Shown piece by piece: positions 63,585-64,000 of a stretch of 64,000 nucleotides of DNA (position 1 is the stretch's first letter; the number at the start of each line of letters is the position of its first letter). Origin of the DNA: Camelus dromedarius (Eukaryota); assembly GCF_036321535.1 (NCBI RefSeq), contig NC_087437.1, positions 14,448,001 through 14,512,000 of the forward strand, in the 5' to 3' direction. The position numbers were made by a program, and so were the translations under genes. The notes beneath the pieces were generated by a model, which saw only the letters and a program-made list of their open reading frames with translations, did not search any database and had not been told where the DNA came from.

Positions 63585-64000
63585 AAGAAGCAATTCAGAC
63601 ATATGAAGGACTCATTAGATGGGGCCAAAAGAGGTAGAGGAACATACTGACAAGGAACTGGTAAGAGTCTGGGGTTTGCCTGTTTGCTTTGACTTTTGGT
63701 GAACCCTTTGATGAAGCCATAGACTGGGCCTTCTAGTATTTCACAGGGAAAATTTCTACCCATGGACATTTAGGCCCTGTCAAATATGGTTCTGTATGCT
63801 TTTGCTTAGAATTCTGTCCTCAAGAGGGATGTGGGAAAGTACTGTTTTCTATTGATTATAGTACTAGCTTCATCTGCCAGCAAAAGGCCAGCACGACAAG
63901 AAAAATCCCATCTCCATGGCAACAGAGATCTCAACTTTTAGCTTGATATCCCATGAAAAAGAAATTATTTTTTTCTCTAGCCTTAAAGATTGTGGTTTTG

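Noticed and set aside
1..64000. Inferring host-gene identity or strand, or a novel gene system
   Set aside because: No recognisable coding exon, L1 orientations are mixed, and exon candidates fall on both strands, so no gene symbol or system can be supported.

Overview
Mammalian non-coding DNA, either a large intron or intergenic sequence. It is probably from a camelid: three tRNA-derived SINEs resemble the camelid Vic-1 family, and I saw no Alu, Bov-tA/CHR or PRE-1 SINEs. I could not support any protein-coding gene, RNA gene or new multi-gene system. The only ORFs with recognisable protein similarity are L1 ORF2 and Tigger1 transposase remnants. Much of the window is repeat-derived: L1 fragments of several ages, four solo ERV LTRs with target-site duplications (TSDs), MLT1, Tigger1/Tigger2, MER20/MER33, MIR, L2 and microsatellites. 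Best oddities: (1) a Tigger1 with an internal ~690-bp inversion plus deletion, with a short tandem duplication at each junction; (2) an 87-bp orphan retro-insertion with its own AATAAA, poly(A) and a perfect 16-bp TSD; (3) a solo LTR with CG...CG ends carrying YY1, E-box, CCAAT, RFX and CRE motifs; (4) an AP-1/CRE cluster flanked by divergent splice donors; (5) several motif-only exon and promoter candidates. Repeat family names come from my recall of consensus sequences and need Dfam/RepeatMasker confirmation. Boundaries not fixed by a TSD are approximate.
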